Virus record (IMG/VR): IMGVR_UViG_3300015607_000169
Location: 7,842-71,841 of that record
Origin: a virus
Lineage: Duplodnaviria > Caudoviricetes
Length of the DNA stretch: 64,000 nt
Strand: one strand, 5' to 3'
Part shown: positions 9,652 through 20,500 of the stretch, one piece after another
Position numbering within the stretch: the first letter of the stretch is position 1
Layout of the letters: each line of letters opens with the position of its first letter
Notes under the pieces: model-generated
Told to the model about the DNA's origin: nothing
The model's input: only the letters and a program-made list of their open reading frames with translations
The model's database searches: none
Position numbers and translations under genes: made by a program

Positions 9652-10317
9652 TTATCCTTTCTTATTTAATTCCTTCATTGCCTTCATTACGTCTGGACCC
9701 AACCATTCATTTTCGTTGAGGTTGACCTTTGGGGCTTTCTTTTCAGTCGTTTCAGTCTTAGCGAATGTCTGTTCTGACACAATGACAGCCTTATCCGACA
9801 TTCTCTTAGTTTCTTTTGTTTCCGTAACCTTGTTAACCGATTCAGTTAACTTCTTTACAGAAGATTCTAACATTGTATTCTTATCCGTAATAACCTTAGC
9901 AGAATTACGTAGCTTAATGTTCTCTTGTAGTAATCTGTCAATTTCCTTTACAAGAACATCAATTTTCTGTTCCTGAGATTCACTGACAGCACCTAGAACA
10001 TTAAGACCATTGAGTTCATCTTCTCCGGTTAGTTCAGTTGCGAATATTGATCGAACAGTTTCAAAGAGTTGAGCATTTCTAAAAGTTTCATTTTCTAGCT
10101 CAAGCTCCTTTACCGCCTGTTCCTTTAGCTTTTCAATTTGGCCTCTAATGAATGATCTGGTCTTACGAGCAAGATCTTCAGTATAAGCCTTAACTTCCTC
10201 ATTTACCTTTTCAACGGTATAATCACTGACTAGTTCTGCTAACTTGTTAAGGATATCCTCTCCAAGATTCTCAGGAAGCAATTCAGCAATCGAGGTTGAT
10301 AAGTTTTTCTTAGCCAT
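9652..10317 (-). CDS. Prohead core scaffolding protein (gp22-like)
   Basis: Coiled-coil, E/K-rich, between protease and MCP; AAAGGA RBS. Confidence 0.8.
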   Translation of the reverse strand: MAKKNLSTSIAELLPENLGEDILNKLAELVSDYTVEKVNEEVKAYTEDLARKTRSFIRGQIEKLKEQAVKELELENETFRNAQLFETVRSIFATELTGEDELNGLNVLGAVSESQEQKIDVLVKEIDRLLQENIKLRNSAKVITDKNTMLESSVKKLTESVNKVTETKETKRMSDKAVIVSEQTFAKTETTEKKAPKVNLNENEWLGPDVMKAMKELNKKG

Positions 10318-10368
10318 GTTTTTCCTTTATGATGTTATCTACAAGATTTTGAACAAAAATCCTGATTT

Positions 10369-10375
10369 TATTTAT
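10369..10375 (-). promoter_or_regulatory. Late promoter motif ATAAATA for scaffold-capsid, overlapping the protease stop codon
   Basis: AAG AAA TAA ATA AAA on minus strand; about 50 nt before the scaffold ATG. Confidence 0.55.
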
Positions 10376-11724
10376 TTCTTGCAAGACTTGGATTCTTTAT
10401 CATCCCGAATCTCATCATGCTTGAAGTGTTTCTTGAGTGCCTTTTTAATTGCAATCAAGGTTTTATCTGTTGATTCATACTGTTTTCCCTTTAAGCTCTT
10501 ATGTATTGCGGAATGCTTTGCTATACTACCAGACTTAGAAGTCTTATCTGGAGCACCTTTAGGAGACTTTCCCCTATTTGCGTGATGGGCCATAACTCTC
10601 TCCCGATGCACTGACTTAGGAGTATCTGGGTGTCTAATAAATAAGGGATTTCTTGCGTGCATCTTCGCGTCGTCATCTGAGTAACCAGCAGCCCTAAGAT
10701 GTTTCGTCTGGTCTGCCTGAGTTGCAATCTTATTAGCCTTGATTCTTTCCGTAATTGTATTACTAATAACAGATTCAATTTGTTGCTGGCGTCTTTCTGC
10801 GTGATCTCTTGCATTTTGGGCGCGAGTCTTATAATTCTCCATTCCTGGTTTATCCTTTCTTGGATCTTTATAATCCTTACGAGCCTTCCTAAGAATTCTA
10901 GCTTTTCTTGCTGGTGAGACATCCGGTGAACTAAGTTTTGATTTAGTTAGAGCAGCTTCTTTCTTATTTCTTTCGCCACGTTTCATTTGAGAAGTGACAG
11001 GATCATCGTGATCCTCGGAATCATAATGAGTCCTGTCTTCAAATCTTCCCTTGTACTTACTTGGAATAGGCTTTCTTCTACCGTAATCATCAGGCATGTC
11101 GGTAATTTCAGCAAGTTTAGATTCAACTCTTTCCTTAATTCTATTTGCAAGTTCAGTAACAAATATTTGTTCTGATCTTACCCTTTGAATAATTGATTGA
11201 ATCTTCTTGCTGTCATTCTTGGTAGATTCTGTGATTGAAGGGTATGCACCTTTTGTTGAAGGATCGGAAACTAAGTCGAAAGTAAGAAGTTGGAAATCTT
11301 CATTTACAACCTTACGGCCCTTAGATTCTGACACTGAACCTAGGCCACGGCTTGAGATTCCAATCTTAACATTGTCATTCAATAGAGCTTCAACAATCTT
11401 TCCATTGGGAGTTGAGAGAATTTCAAACTCTCCTAAAACATCATTACCCTCACACCAAAGTTTAGTTACTAGGTGTGAAGCTTGTGAAAGATGAATTTGA
11501 TCGTTTGGTGGGTGATCTAATGCGCCAACCAAAGCTCTTTCACTAATCTTTTCCTGTAGTTTCTTAACTTGGCCTTCTAATACAGTCTTAGGGTAGACTC
11601 TGCCATTGTTATTCTCTTCTTCCATCCGTTGACAGACGCCCCTAAGCTTTAATCTCTTAGACGCTCCTTGGCCTTCGGTTATGATTCTAGGTCTCTCTAA
11701 ATAGCGATATTCGACGAGTAGCAT
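10372..11724 (-). CDS. gp21: Prohead protease (T4 gp21 / U9 family) with about 250-aa highly charged C-terminal extension
   Basis: NNNGRVYP, GALDHP, SHLVTKL, GISSRGLGS, DFQLLTFDLVSDPST motifs in the first ~190 aa. Confidence 0.92.
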   Translation of the reverse strand: MLLVEYRYLERPRIITEGQGASKRLKLRGVCQRMEEENNNGRVYPKTVLEGQVKKLQEKISERALVGALDHPPNDQIHLSQASHLVTKLWCEGNDVLGEFEILSTPNGKIVEALLNDNVKIGISSRGLGSVSESKGRKVVNEDFQLLTFDLVSDPSTKGAYPSITESTKNDSKKIQSIIQRVRSEQIFVTELANRIKERVESKLAEITDMPDDYGRRKPIPSKYKGRFEDRTHYDSEDHDDPVTSQMKRGERNKKEAALTKSKLSSPDVSPARKARILRKARKDYKDPRKDKPGMENYKTRAQNARDHAERRQQQIESVISNTITERIKANKIATQADQTKHLRAAGYSDDDAKMHARNPLFIRHPDTPKSVHRERVMAHHANRGKSPKGAPDKTSKSGSIAKHSAIHKSLKGKQYESTDKTLIAIKKALKKHFKHDEIRDDKESKSCKK

Positions 11725-12131
11725 TATCTTCCTCTCTTAGTTTTCCAATACATATCCCCAGTTTCTTTATGGGAATTATGCTTTCCGTGTCTTACCATGG
11801 TTCTGACACTATACTTTTTTACATCCTTGAAAGTTGATGGAATACTACCAGGAGTGAATCCTTTAGCTGATTTCCCATCTACTACTTGTTCATCATCCTT
11901 TCCCCACTTTTGCTTTGTGATTACGTATAATCTATCAGCATTTTTAGTTGAGAAAATCTGACCAACATAACCTTTACTAAGAGCATCAGTAATAGAATTG
12001 TAGACCTTTACTCTAGACTTAGACGCCTTAGTATGATCTTTCTTGCTAGATGACATCATTTTGTCTCTTCCTGCAACTGATCCTCTACCGAATGTTTCTC
12101 TTGTTTCCTTTAGTAGACTTAACAGGTCCAT
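11724..12131 (-). CDS. Small basic hypothetical, probable head-associated protein
   Basis: In the late operon with the protease (TAATG-type coupling); likely start MDLLSLLKE at 12131 (ORF track starts 12161). Confidence 0.65.
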   Translation of the reverse strand: MDLLSLLKETRETFGRGSVAGRDKMMSSSKKDHTKASKSRVKVYNSITDALSKGYVGQIFSTKNADRLYVITKQKWGKDDEQVVDGKSAKGFTPGSIPSTFKDVKKYSVRTMVRHGKHNSHKETGDMYWKTKRGR

Positions 12132-12510
12132 TTTTGAATCCTTTTGCTTTTCCAACTCCAATCATTCCACAAGTAGTTAACTCATTGATAACTGACTTTG
12201 CTTCTCCTAAAAGAGAAGTTAACTTTTGAACAAGATCAGATAACTTCTTTTCCATTATCTGTTGTTCATTAATTTCCTCTTTAGGTTCTTCAACAGTTTC
12301 TACTTCTTTATGCACCGTAGACTCTAGAATAGTCCGTAGAAAATCATCTGTTATCTTTACCTTGGAAACATCAGGTGCTTTTTGTTGTTGAGGAGGATTG
12401 AAAGGAACACTATCCTTAATTCCTTGGTCTACAGAGATTTGACCACCTTTAAGCATTTGCTCAAAGATGGACTCTGCTGTCTTTAAAACTGATGTTTTGG
12501 GACTTGCCAT
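12085..12510 (-). CDS. Hypothetical acidic/coiled protein, probable prohead core component
   Basis: 141 aa, ILE|S and INE| protease-like sites, late operon context. Confidence 0.65.
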   Translation of the reverse strand: MASPKTSVLKTAESIFEQMLKGGQISVDQGIKDSVPFNPPQQQKAPDVSKVKITDDFLRTILESTVHKEVETVEEPKEEINEQQIMEKKLSDLVQKLTSLLGEAKSVINELTTCGMIGVGKAKGFKNGPVKSTKGNKRNIR

Positions 12511-12515
12511 TTAGC

Positions 12516-12860
12516 TTAGTCCTCTTCGGATTCTTCTGATTCCTGTTCGTCACCTTCAACTTCATCTTCCTCTGATTCATTTAGAGCTTCGATTGTTTCA
12601 TTGACGACATCTAGAACGTAATCAATGTGCTCTTGAATTCTTTCATCAGAAATTGCAGTCTCTAATTGTGATTCACAAAGAGGGCAAGTGTGAACTTCTT
12701 CATCTGATTCAACTTCCGTTGACTCATTGACAGCCTTTTGATCGGCCTTTTGTTCCTCTTTCTTTTCTTCAATCTTAACCTTGATTCCCTGAGCAGCCCA
12801 TACTGGACTATTAAGGATATCAGCATAAACTTCGTCAGCCAAATCAAACTTTCGTGTCAT
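12516..12860 (-). CDS. Acidic hypothetical with CPLC motif, probable prohead core component (gp67/68-like role)
   Basis: 114 aa, very acidic C-terminus, VNE|S and LNE|S sites. Confidence 0.65.
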   Translation of the reverse strand: MTRKFDLADEVYADILNSPVWAAQGIKVKIEEKKEEQKADQKAVNESTEVESDEEVHTCPLCESQLETAISDERIQEHIDYVLDVVNETIEALNESEEDEVEGDEQESEESEED

Positions 12861-12888
12861 AGTGAAAACCTCGTCGTATAATGGTATC

Positions 12889-12895
12889 TATTTAT
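12889..12895 (-). promoter_or_regulatory. Late promoter motif ATAAATA for the head-assembly block
   Basis: tatttat in the 12861-12931 gap, 28 nt before the ATG. Confidence 0.6.
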
Positions 12896-12931
12896 CTAAG
12901 TTGTAACAATTCGATAAAAATAAAATTCTGT

Positions 12932-13219
12932 CTAGTTAATGAAGACATTTGATGTATTTGGGAGAATTTGATCCCCACAAGACAATAATCCACCTGTTTT
13001 AGCGGCTTGTTTTCCTTCAATAAATACAGTGGAATCATTAGGAACAACTACAGGGGATTGATGATGTCCATTTGGAAGATAAGAATCTCCAACTGTCACA
13101 ACCTTTAGATTATTCACATAAGTATATTGTGACATTGGATTTGCACAGGTTGTTGGGCCTGGACCACCTGGATGCCCTTTCGTCATATCACCTTGTCTAA
13201 CTAATTGATATCCGTTCAT
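12932..13219 (-). CDS. PAAR-type spike tip protein (gp5.4-like)
   Basis: VRQGDMTKGH, VVTVGD...H, STVFIEGKQAAKTGG.LSCG..I...SNVFIN. Confidence 0.9.
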   Translation of the reverse strand: MNGYQLVRQGDMTKGHPGGPGPTTCANPMSQYTYVNNLKVVTVGDSYLPNGHHQSPVVVPNDSTVFIEGKQAAKTGGLLSCGDQILPNTSNVFIN

Positions 13220-15327
13220 CTATCTCCCTCCCTTATCACAACTAAATCATCATCTTCAAGTAATGGGATATTGTCTAAATTAAGAGTATTCAATACATGG
13301 GAAATTGTAGTTCCTCTATCACCTGAGGATAGTTGATTGAATACTTCTTCATTCATATCATACATTACTTGCCCAAATACATTCGATGGGAGACGCCTAA
13401 AAACATCCCACCAAGTTAGAGAACTAACCCCATACCTTGAAACTAGCTCATCAATTACCCCAGTAACCATGTAGGCTAATCCAGTAGAATACGCAGAAGT
13501 GGTTATATCAGCAAAATTTGATGAAGCATATGAGTAAGTTATACTTTGAGTATCATTGTTCTCAAATACTCCTAATCTATACGACCCACTCGTATTGAAC
13601 AAATTAGATTCCTCTAGTTCAGAAGTTCTCTGATCTGAGTCTGAATAGTTAATAGATGGAATAAGAGAGATTGATCTTTGTATCGTATCTGAGTAATTTG
13701 TAATCCTAGATACCCCGCCAAATGGATTATCCTCTGTTGAACTTGTCGGAACTACAATCAATCCAAAAGGAAGATTCCTTGTGATGATATTGTTGTTTTG
13801 AATCAGAGTATAATCAAAGTTTCTAAAGGTAATATCTTTTTGGTTTAAATTGATTGAGGAGGTTTGTCTTGCATATTGATACAAAAAATCTCTGTAATCT
13901 AGATTAACCCTGGTAATAGCAAATCCATTATTAGCTGCATGTCTATCAATCTCAGACTGATTTGTTAACAATGTATAAGTGGCACTTGTATTATTCACAA
14001 ACTGATTACTAGTTTGAGAATCTGCGACACTATTCAAATCTAACGCAAAATATAACGGAACTAAAGGTTCTGAGAATACTTGATTAAACTCATGGCTAGA
14101 AGTAGAGGTAACAGTTAGATTGATACTCGGATCTTCCTGCATTAGAGATAACGCAGTGTATCTTACATCAGGTGGGACGTAGTATGCAAGATTGTTATCA
14201 TTTGTGGTTTCTAGAGGAATACACCCACTATCCCTTGAGTCAATCTGAAAATAATAACCATACCCATCTCCAATATCAATAGCTCCACTATTTGTAAAGC
14301 ATAAACCTGCATTCTCTAAGTAGGTTTCTTGGTTTCCATTATCCTCAGTGCAAATACTAATTCTTGCATTTATCTCTTCGTTTAATCTTCTCTGACGTTT
14401 AATTTGATTCTGTTGGATTGATTGAGAATTATTAGGATCAGAGGATATAGCTCCTGTAGCTAAAATTCCTAAGGCTGCCCTATGCAAATAATCTTGAGGA
14501 GTTGATCTATTAAACGTAATCTTCCTATCCCTGGACTGCTTATCTGCAAGTCGAATATAGTGCTCAGGATCAAAGACATCTAATTGTCCAGTGAGCAATA
14601 CCCTACGAACCATCTCCAGAAAACTATTTCTTGGAATTAAAAGTCCACCGGGATAATGAAGTCGATCTATCGCATTAGAAAATCTTGGGGCTAAACTGAT
14701 AGAAATCTTATCCAGAGTTAAACTCTGAAATACTCTTTCGTCCCAAGGAAGTAACGAATTATTTTGACGTTCTATAAAATAAGCAACTTCTATAGCAATT
14801 GGACTAGTAAAGATGTTTCTATATCGTTCATTTGTTACAAGTTCAAGGGGAGTAGCCAATTCATGTCTAAAGAAATTGTATTCGTGATGATATAAAGATG
14901 AAGTAGACCAAAATTCTAATGGAATTACTTCCGATACCTGTGGATCTTGATTAGGATTATATGGAGAGCTAACACTTGGAATTCTTCCTCCTCTTGGCGT
15001 AGTTGGACCTGTTGGAACGATTTTTGGTCTTCCTGGAATTGCAGAAAAGCCTGGATACGTAAGAGTAACTACTCCTATCTTTCTGTTCCCTGTTGTTGGG
15101 GTAGAAGGACTGGATGGCGATTGGGAGGATGGAGCACCAGGAATATTGTAATTAGGTCTCCTTGGTTCTGGAGTTGAAGGAGAATAAGGAGGAAATGGAG
15201 GTATATTTTGGGTAGTTGGCTCTGGGATTATAACTGGTGGAACTGGTGGAGCAATACCAGGAATTAGTAACGGCTCCTGCCCAGGATAAAATTCCCCACA
15301 ATTAAATTTGATCCTTTGTCCTACCAT
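13216..15327 (-). CDS. Structural protein with Pro/Ser/Thr-rich N-terminal linker (703 aa)
   Basis: Translationally coupled in the baseplate operon; P/S/T low-complexity residues ~10-125. Confidence 0.7.
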   Translation of the reverse strand: MVGQRIKFNCGEFYPGQEPLLIPGIAPPVPPVIIPEPTTQNIPPFPPYSPSTPEPRRPNYNIPGAPSSQSPSSPSTPTTGNRKIGVVTLTYPGFSAIPGRPKIVPTGPTTPRGGRIPSVSSPYNPNQDPQVSEVIPLEFWSTSSLYHHEYNFFRHELATPLELVTNERYRNIFTSPIAIEVAYFIERQNNSLLPWDERVFQSLTLDKISISLAPRFSNAIDRLHYPGGLLIPRNSFLEMVRRVLLTGQLDVFDPEHYIRLADKQSRDRKITFNRSTPQDYLHRAALGILATGAISSDPNNSQSIQQNQIKRQRRLNEEINARISICTEDNGNQETYLENAGLCFTNSGAIDIGDGYGYYFQIDSRDSGCIPLETTNDNNLAYYVPPDVRYTALSLMQEDPSINLTVTSTSSHEFNQVFSEPLVPLYFALDLNSVADSQTSNQFVNNTSATYTLLTNQSEIDRHAANNGFAITRVNLDYRDFLYQYARQTSSINLNQKDITFRNFDYTLIQNNNIITRNLPFGLIVVPTSSTEDNPFGGVSRITNYSDTIQRSISLIPSINYSDSDQRTSELEESNLFNTSGSYRLGVFENNDTQSITYSYASSNFADITTSAYSTGLAYMVTGVIDELVSRYGVSSLTWWDVFRRLPSNVFGQVMYDMNEEVFNQLSSGDRGTTISHVLNTLNLDNIPLLEDDDLVVIREGDR

Positions 15328-17597
15328 TATGCTAATACAAGAACTGGACTATCCCCATTAAACGATGCATTTGCATTTACAGGAATTGAATGCACTTGGA
15401 AGGTTACAGATGGGTAATAAGCGACTCCAACTGTTGTCTCTCCAATGACATGCTTATTGGAGTAGTCATAGGACATGATATCGTTATTGATAACTGCGAT
15501 ACTTGCGTGTCTTGGGTTGTCTCTTAAAGTATACGGTAAGAAGTCTGCTCTATTGTATGGATCGTCAGCAATCCAAGCAACATAGATAGTAAACTCATCC
15601 CTTCTCTTATCTACCCAAACCCCTGCAATTGATTGTAAGCTTTGCGACCCACCATCATTAGCTCTTGCGATTGAAGGAGCACAGTTCCATAATTGCACAG
15701 TAACAAAGTAGTCTTGTAACCATGAAACTCTAGTCTTATCCAATAGAATCTTCTTTTTTACGAATGAGATATACGTCTTCTTCTCAGTTGAACTATTTGA
15801 AGAGTCAGAGGCTAAACGATCAAGTCTTGATGTAAGTGCTGCATCTGCATAGGCCCCAAACTCTAACCCATTTCCGCCAAATTGGTAATGGAAGTTTATG
15901 TAGTCTGCCGGATAAGTTCCAGCACCAGTCATATTATTTCGGACACACCATTCTGCAATGTCCCAGTCTGGATAGTCTGGGATTGTCATTCCTGTAGGTA
16001 GTCCGAATCTTGAGATAATCTCTTGCTTTTGCCTTTCTTTTTCAGAGAGGTTGTATCTAGCTTCAATATACTTGCCTAGAACTCCTTCCACACCAAAGTT
16101 ATACCCGCCCTGAATATATCCTGCTCCTACGATCCTTGATTTCCTAGTTACTTCATTATTAGTGATTGTAAACTTACTAGTGTAATCATCGTATACTGAT
16201 CTAATCTGAGATTCAACATAACCCTCTGACGCTACAGGATTTGCAAGGGAGATTTGGGGAGTTGCAGCGGCAATACCGGCTCTTTCATTGTAGGCTAATT
16301 CTGTAGTTCTAAAGAAGGGTCTAATATCAATTAGATCGTCTACTGCAATTACAGGAACTCCATTTGAATTTGTTGATGCTGTATCTCTTACAACCACATA
16401 AGCAACAGGAAGAATGGATTGCCCAATTAATGCATAATTATCCAATTCCAAGCTTTCGCTTAGAAGAGGGGCAATATTCATCAAGTCGTCAGGTGAAGGA
16501 AATGATCCCCTAATTGTCCCTATTCCAGTGTTACTTCCATCTTCATCACCAATATTTGGAAGTATTATTGGATTACCGTTGGAATCCACCAGAGAAACTG
16601 TATCCTGTGGAGGTGCCCCATTTCTCTTTAATGAGACACCGATTCCTGCACCCTTTACAATTCCTAAGGTTGGCTTAGTTATTGAGATTGGGGTATCAGC
16701 AGAGAATCTTGATAATGTAGTGGAAGATACGTCTATTGGCTTAGAATAAATGAATACTAAGTCTATACGATGGCTTGCAGTAAGTAATACCTTAGCACCA
16801 GTTTCATCGTAATAATAAAAATCATTCGGATCAAATGCAGGAATATCAATTGTTAATTCTTCTTCTACATTAACAATCGAAGTTCTTGCTATTCCTCTCC
16901 ATCTCTTGATAAATTCAGATTCAGCAATAGCAGCAGGGGCAAATCCAATATTTGGTTCTGCAATATTGAAAATGCTTAAATTCCTAGTCGAATTAGAAGT
17001 TTGCCCTAACCATAGCTTACCTGTAACACCAGGGAAGGCTGGAGTTTGATCTGGTCTTCCGGAAATTTGGGTTACTGTGGGAGATGAGTTTGTAATAATG
17101 TTTGATGGTAAATCAGTGGACTTTACTGGGTAAGTAAATGCCCTTTCTGCCAATCCATCCATCCCCAAATGGAAAGCAGAATCTTGGAACTTAGTTAGAA
17201 TTGAAAGCAAGTCCGCATCAATGTTAGTCCTAGACTCCCAAAAATTAGAGTCAAAGAAGTTGAATCCAGAGATTTGCCTTAGTATCTGTAATGGAGTTAT
17301 TGAATACGCATCGTTAATTCTCGCGCTGTATCTTCCAGGCTTAACCTTAACTATGTTATCTGTCCCATCAATGTAAGGTTTTAATTCAGTAAAGTTAACC
17401 CTATCAATTTCAAATAACTCTGAGCCAGAAGCTCCTAAAATTCCTTCAATTTGAGCCTTTAGGAACTTTACGTTTTCCTCAAGCTGCTTAACTGGAATGT
17501 TATCAACCTGATAGAAATAAGGATCGTTAGCCTTGAATACCCTTACTGGATCAGTAAACCGATAAACTGTATCAAAAAATACTCTCTTATTAGACAT
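15327..17597 (-). CDS. Baseplate / tail-fibre-associated structural protein (756 aa)
   Basis: N-terminal YFYQVDNIPVKQLEENVKFL anchor-like motif shared with the next gene upstream. Confidence 0.7.
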   Translation of the reverse strand: MSNKRVFFDTVYRFTDPVRVFKANDPYFYQVDNIPVKQLEENVKFLKAQIEGILGASGSELFEIDRVNFTELKPYIDGTDNIVKVKPGRYSARINDAYSITPLQILRQISGFNFFDSNFWESRTNIDADLLSILTKFQDSAFHLGMDGLAERAFTYPVKSTDLPSNIITNSSPTVTQISGRPDQTPAFPGVTGKLWLGQTSNSTRNLSIFNIAEPNIGFAPAAIAESEFIKRWRGIARTSIVNVEEELTIDIPAFDPNDFYYYDETGAKVLLTASHRIDLVFIYSKPIDVSSTTLSRFSADTPISITKPTLGIVKGAGIGVSLKRNGAPPQDTVSLVDSNGNPIILPNIGDEDGSNTGIGTIRGSFPSPDDLMNIAPLLSESLELDNYALIGQSILPVAYVVVRDTASTNSNGVPVIAVDDLIDIRPFFRTTELAYNERAGIAAATPQISLANPVASEGYVESQIRSVYDDYTSKFTITNNEVTRKSRIVGAGYIQGGYNFGVEGVLGKYIEARYNLSEKERQKQEIISRFGLPTGMTIPDYPDWDIAEWCVRNNMTGAGTYPADYINFHYQFGGNGLEFGAYADAALTSRLDRLASDSSNSSTEKKTYISFVKKKILLDKTRVSWLQDYFVTVQLWNCAPSIARANDGGSQSLQSIAGVWVDKRRDEFTIYVAWIADDPYNRADFLPYTLRDNPRHASIAVINNDIMSYDYSNKHVIGETTVGVAYYPSVTFQVHSIPVNANASFNGDSPVLVLA

Positions 17598-20500
17598 TAG
17601 TTATCTCTTTCAATATCAAAGGTATTTACAGACTTAACTCCCTTACCGTAGTTCTTATAGTTGCTAGTAGCGGAATCACCACCATAAACATCAGTGTATG
17701 GGAAATATATAGAAACTACCTTAGCTAGACCAGACTTTCCTACTGAATTGTGCTTTGCATTAGCCCAGGTATTTGCAGCAGAGTCATCCAATACAGCTTT
17801 TACAGTTCTTGGGCTAACCACCATAGCAGATGCATAGTAGAATCCTGATGCGACCAAGGAAGTCCCATTAGATTGTAATAACGAAGTATAGAATGCACTT
17901 ACGGTTCCAGGGGCCGATAGATTTCCTGAGAAATTATAGCCTTGTGCAAAAACCTGAGGCGCATACCCATCTAGGGTTGCTGACGTAGTAACCAACCAAT
18001 TTGTGGCCGGGTCAATGCTCCAATAGAGTCGGAATGGTCCCTGATTCGCAGCCGTAGAGCGCGCATATGTGTGCCCCGTGGACTTTCCGTAGTAGTCTAG
18101 CAATGCTACAGAGCCGGTATCAGGAGTTCCAGTTGGCGCAGAACTTGTTGAGTTCCAAACTCCAGAAGGCCCAAAATATGCGGCATCGGCAGGGTGCAAT
18201 CCACTTACAGAAATATACTTTGCATCAAGTAATGAGTTATCCGCAATATTCCAAATGAATAACTTTGAGCATAAGGCAGCGGCTCCGACGCCAGAAGCCT
18301 CATAAATTACCGAGGATGGACTCCAATATCCGGCAGGGAAGTGAGTATTTAAGACATTAACTTTGGACCCGCCCAAAGCTCTTACACACATTCCGCCATT
18401 CGTAATTCCTGAGAAGTCTGCTTGCTTTGAGACATCCCCAACCCCTGATCCAAAGAAGTAATACCAATTTCCATTGTTTGTAAATGTATTAACAGAATAC
18501 AAACTAATTGTTGGATTTACGACTCCATAGCCAGCGTTCAATACTGCTGCATCATTTGGATTTGGGAAAAATTGCATAAATCCAGCACTAGTGTATAGTT
18601 GAGTATTGCCTTCTGACCCATTTGTTGTATAGTCTAGACCACTAGTTAGAGCTGCTGTTCCATAAGAACCTCTCGCCCAGTTATTTCTATAATCTCCAAG
18701 ATCCTTCATAGTGATCTCAGAATTATTTGTAGCGACCAAGCAAGCTCTAGTAGAATGCAATTCTACCATTGTATGGTTTGCTGGTGTTACTAGTGAATAT
18801 CCACTTGCATCAATTCTTCCATTACCGTTTGAGTGCGGCTCGAAAGTTAACTTTGAAGAACTATCTGCGTGAGCATCTACAGCAAATCTAGCAATTACTG
18901 TGGGACCATGAATCTTAACCTCAGAATTGTTCCCTGCGAAGACACCAGACTTTCTCTTTTGTAAGTTGTAAGTTGTTGGTCCAATTACCTTTGTGGCAAA
19001 TCTTGAACTTCCTTCCAAAATTGCTTCGGAGTTATTAGTTACTGAAATTCCAATTCCATTAACTGCCTTTAGAGTTTCAACTCCATCACCAGTTGCAATT
19101 CCAGGGTGAATGATTCTTATCTTTGAAGAGTTGTCCACAATGATACCTGGCTTTTGTGAGTAATTTCCAGCTAGGTCTTGAGTAACCCCAAATGCTCCAG
19201 AAGTTATGAATCGGTCATAAATTGATGGCATTGCGGAGGTATAGAAAGGCTCATATACGGAATTATCCAGTTTAATATGAGTTCCGTTTGCAATGTAAGA
19301 ATTTGTATGAACAGTGTATGTCGAATCTCCTGTAAATGAGTTATCTGGTAGTGTCAGTGTTTTGTTATACTTAAACGTTGAATTAGATAACTTTGTAGCT
19401 TCTTTCTGGTTATACCTGGAAATTAGTTGGTCGGTGTATAACGTTGAGTTGTTAGCATCAATTCCCTTGTAATTTCCAAGAGTTATAATTCTCCCATCAA
19501 ACTCTAAATGAGAATTCTCTAATTTGATTCCTGCTTCTGTATTAAGTTCAGTGAATAAGTTGTAAGCAGCAGATCTCCTATCGGTAGCAAATGAGGTTTT
19601 TTCCTTTTGACCACCTACAATTCTGGAATTAACTGCATAAAGTCCAACATTGTTTCTAGAAAGAGAAAACAGCCAATCTTGTCCCGCAAATGATGGAGAG
19701 GCAATCAATGCCACGCTGATTGAACTTAGTATTGAGGATGTAATTAGAGCATCACGATCGAAAGTAGAACTAAGATTAATATTGCTATTGATAGCAAGAA
19801 TTCCTGCTCCTTCTCCAATAGGAGTTGTATCAAGTCCTCCACGAATCTTTTCATTCCAAGTTACTCCATTTCTTGACCCAGATGACGCATACCCGTAATT
19901 TCTATAAGCAACGAATCCTCTAGTGATTGCTACACTTGAATCTTCTACTAGCAATCCAGCCTTAGTGCATCTCGCTACTGTGCAATTCTCTAGTAGAACA
20001 TCATTGGCATTCTTTATCTGAATACCGTACTCTCTTCCCCCGTAACCTTCCCCATCCACGGTGAAGTTACGGATATAGATTGGTCCGTCGCAGTCAATAA
20101 TTTGGATGGATGTTAATCTATTTCCATATCCAATGGCATTACCAACGTTAAGAGTTCCATCTTGCCCTGCGTCTGCCCATACGATTTCCGTATTGGTTTG
20201 TTCATTTACACAGGATGCATCAAATGTAGATAATTTTTCATTGGCATTGGCAGCCATCTCGTAAACGTTAAAAGCTACCCTACCATCAGCGTTTGTTCCA
20301 GTCCAAGGAGTTGCTGTATTTGCTGCTGCCAATCCTGCACTTAATCTCTGGTATTCATACTCATTTCCTTTCTTAGCAAATACTGTTAGATTATTTGCTA
20401 GACGAGCATCCATTGTTCCACCTGTTGAGCTAAACACTAAAGAGCTTAAAACCAGAGAACTTGCCTGTGAGAAGTCCTTATGGAAAGTGGGGTAGGTTGA

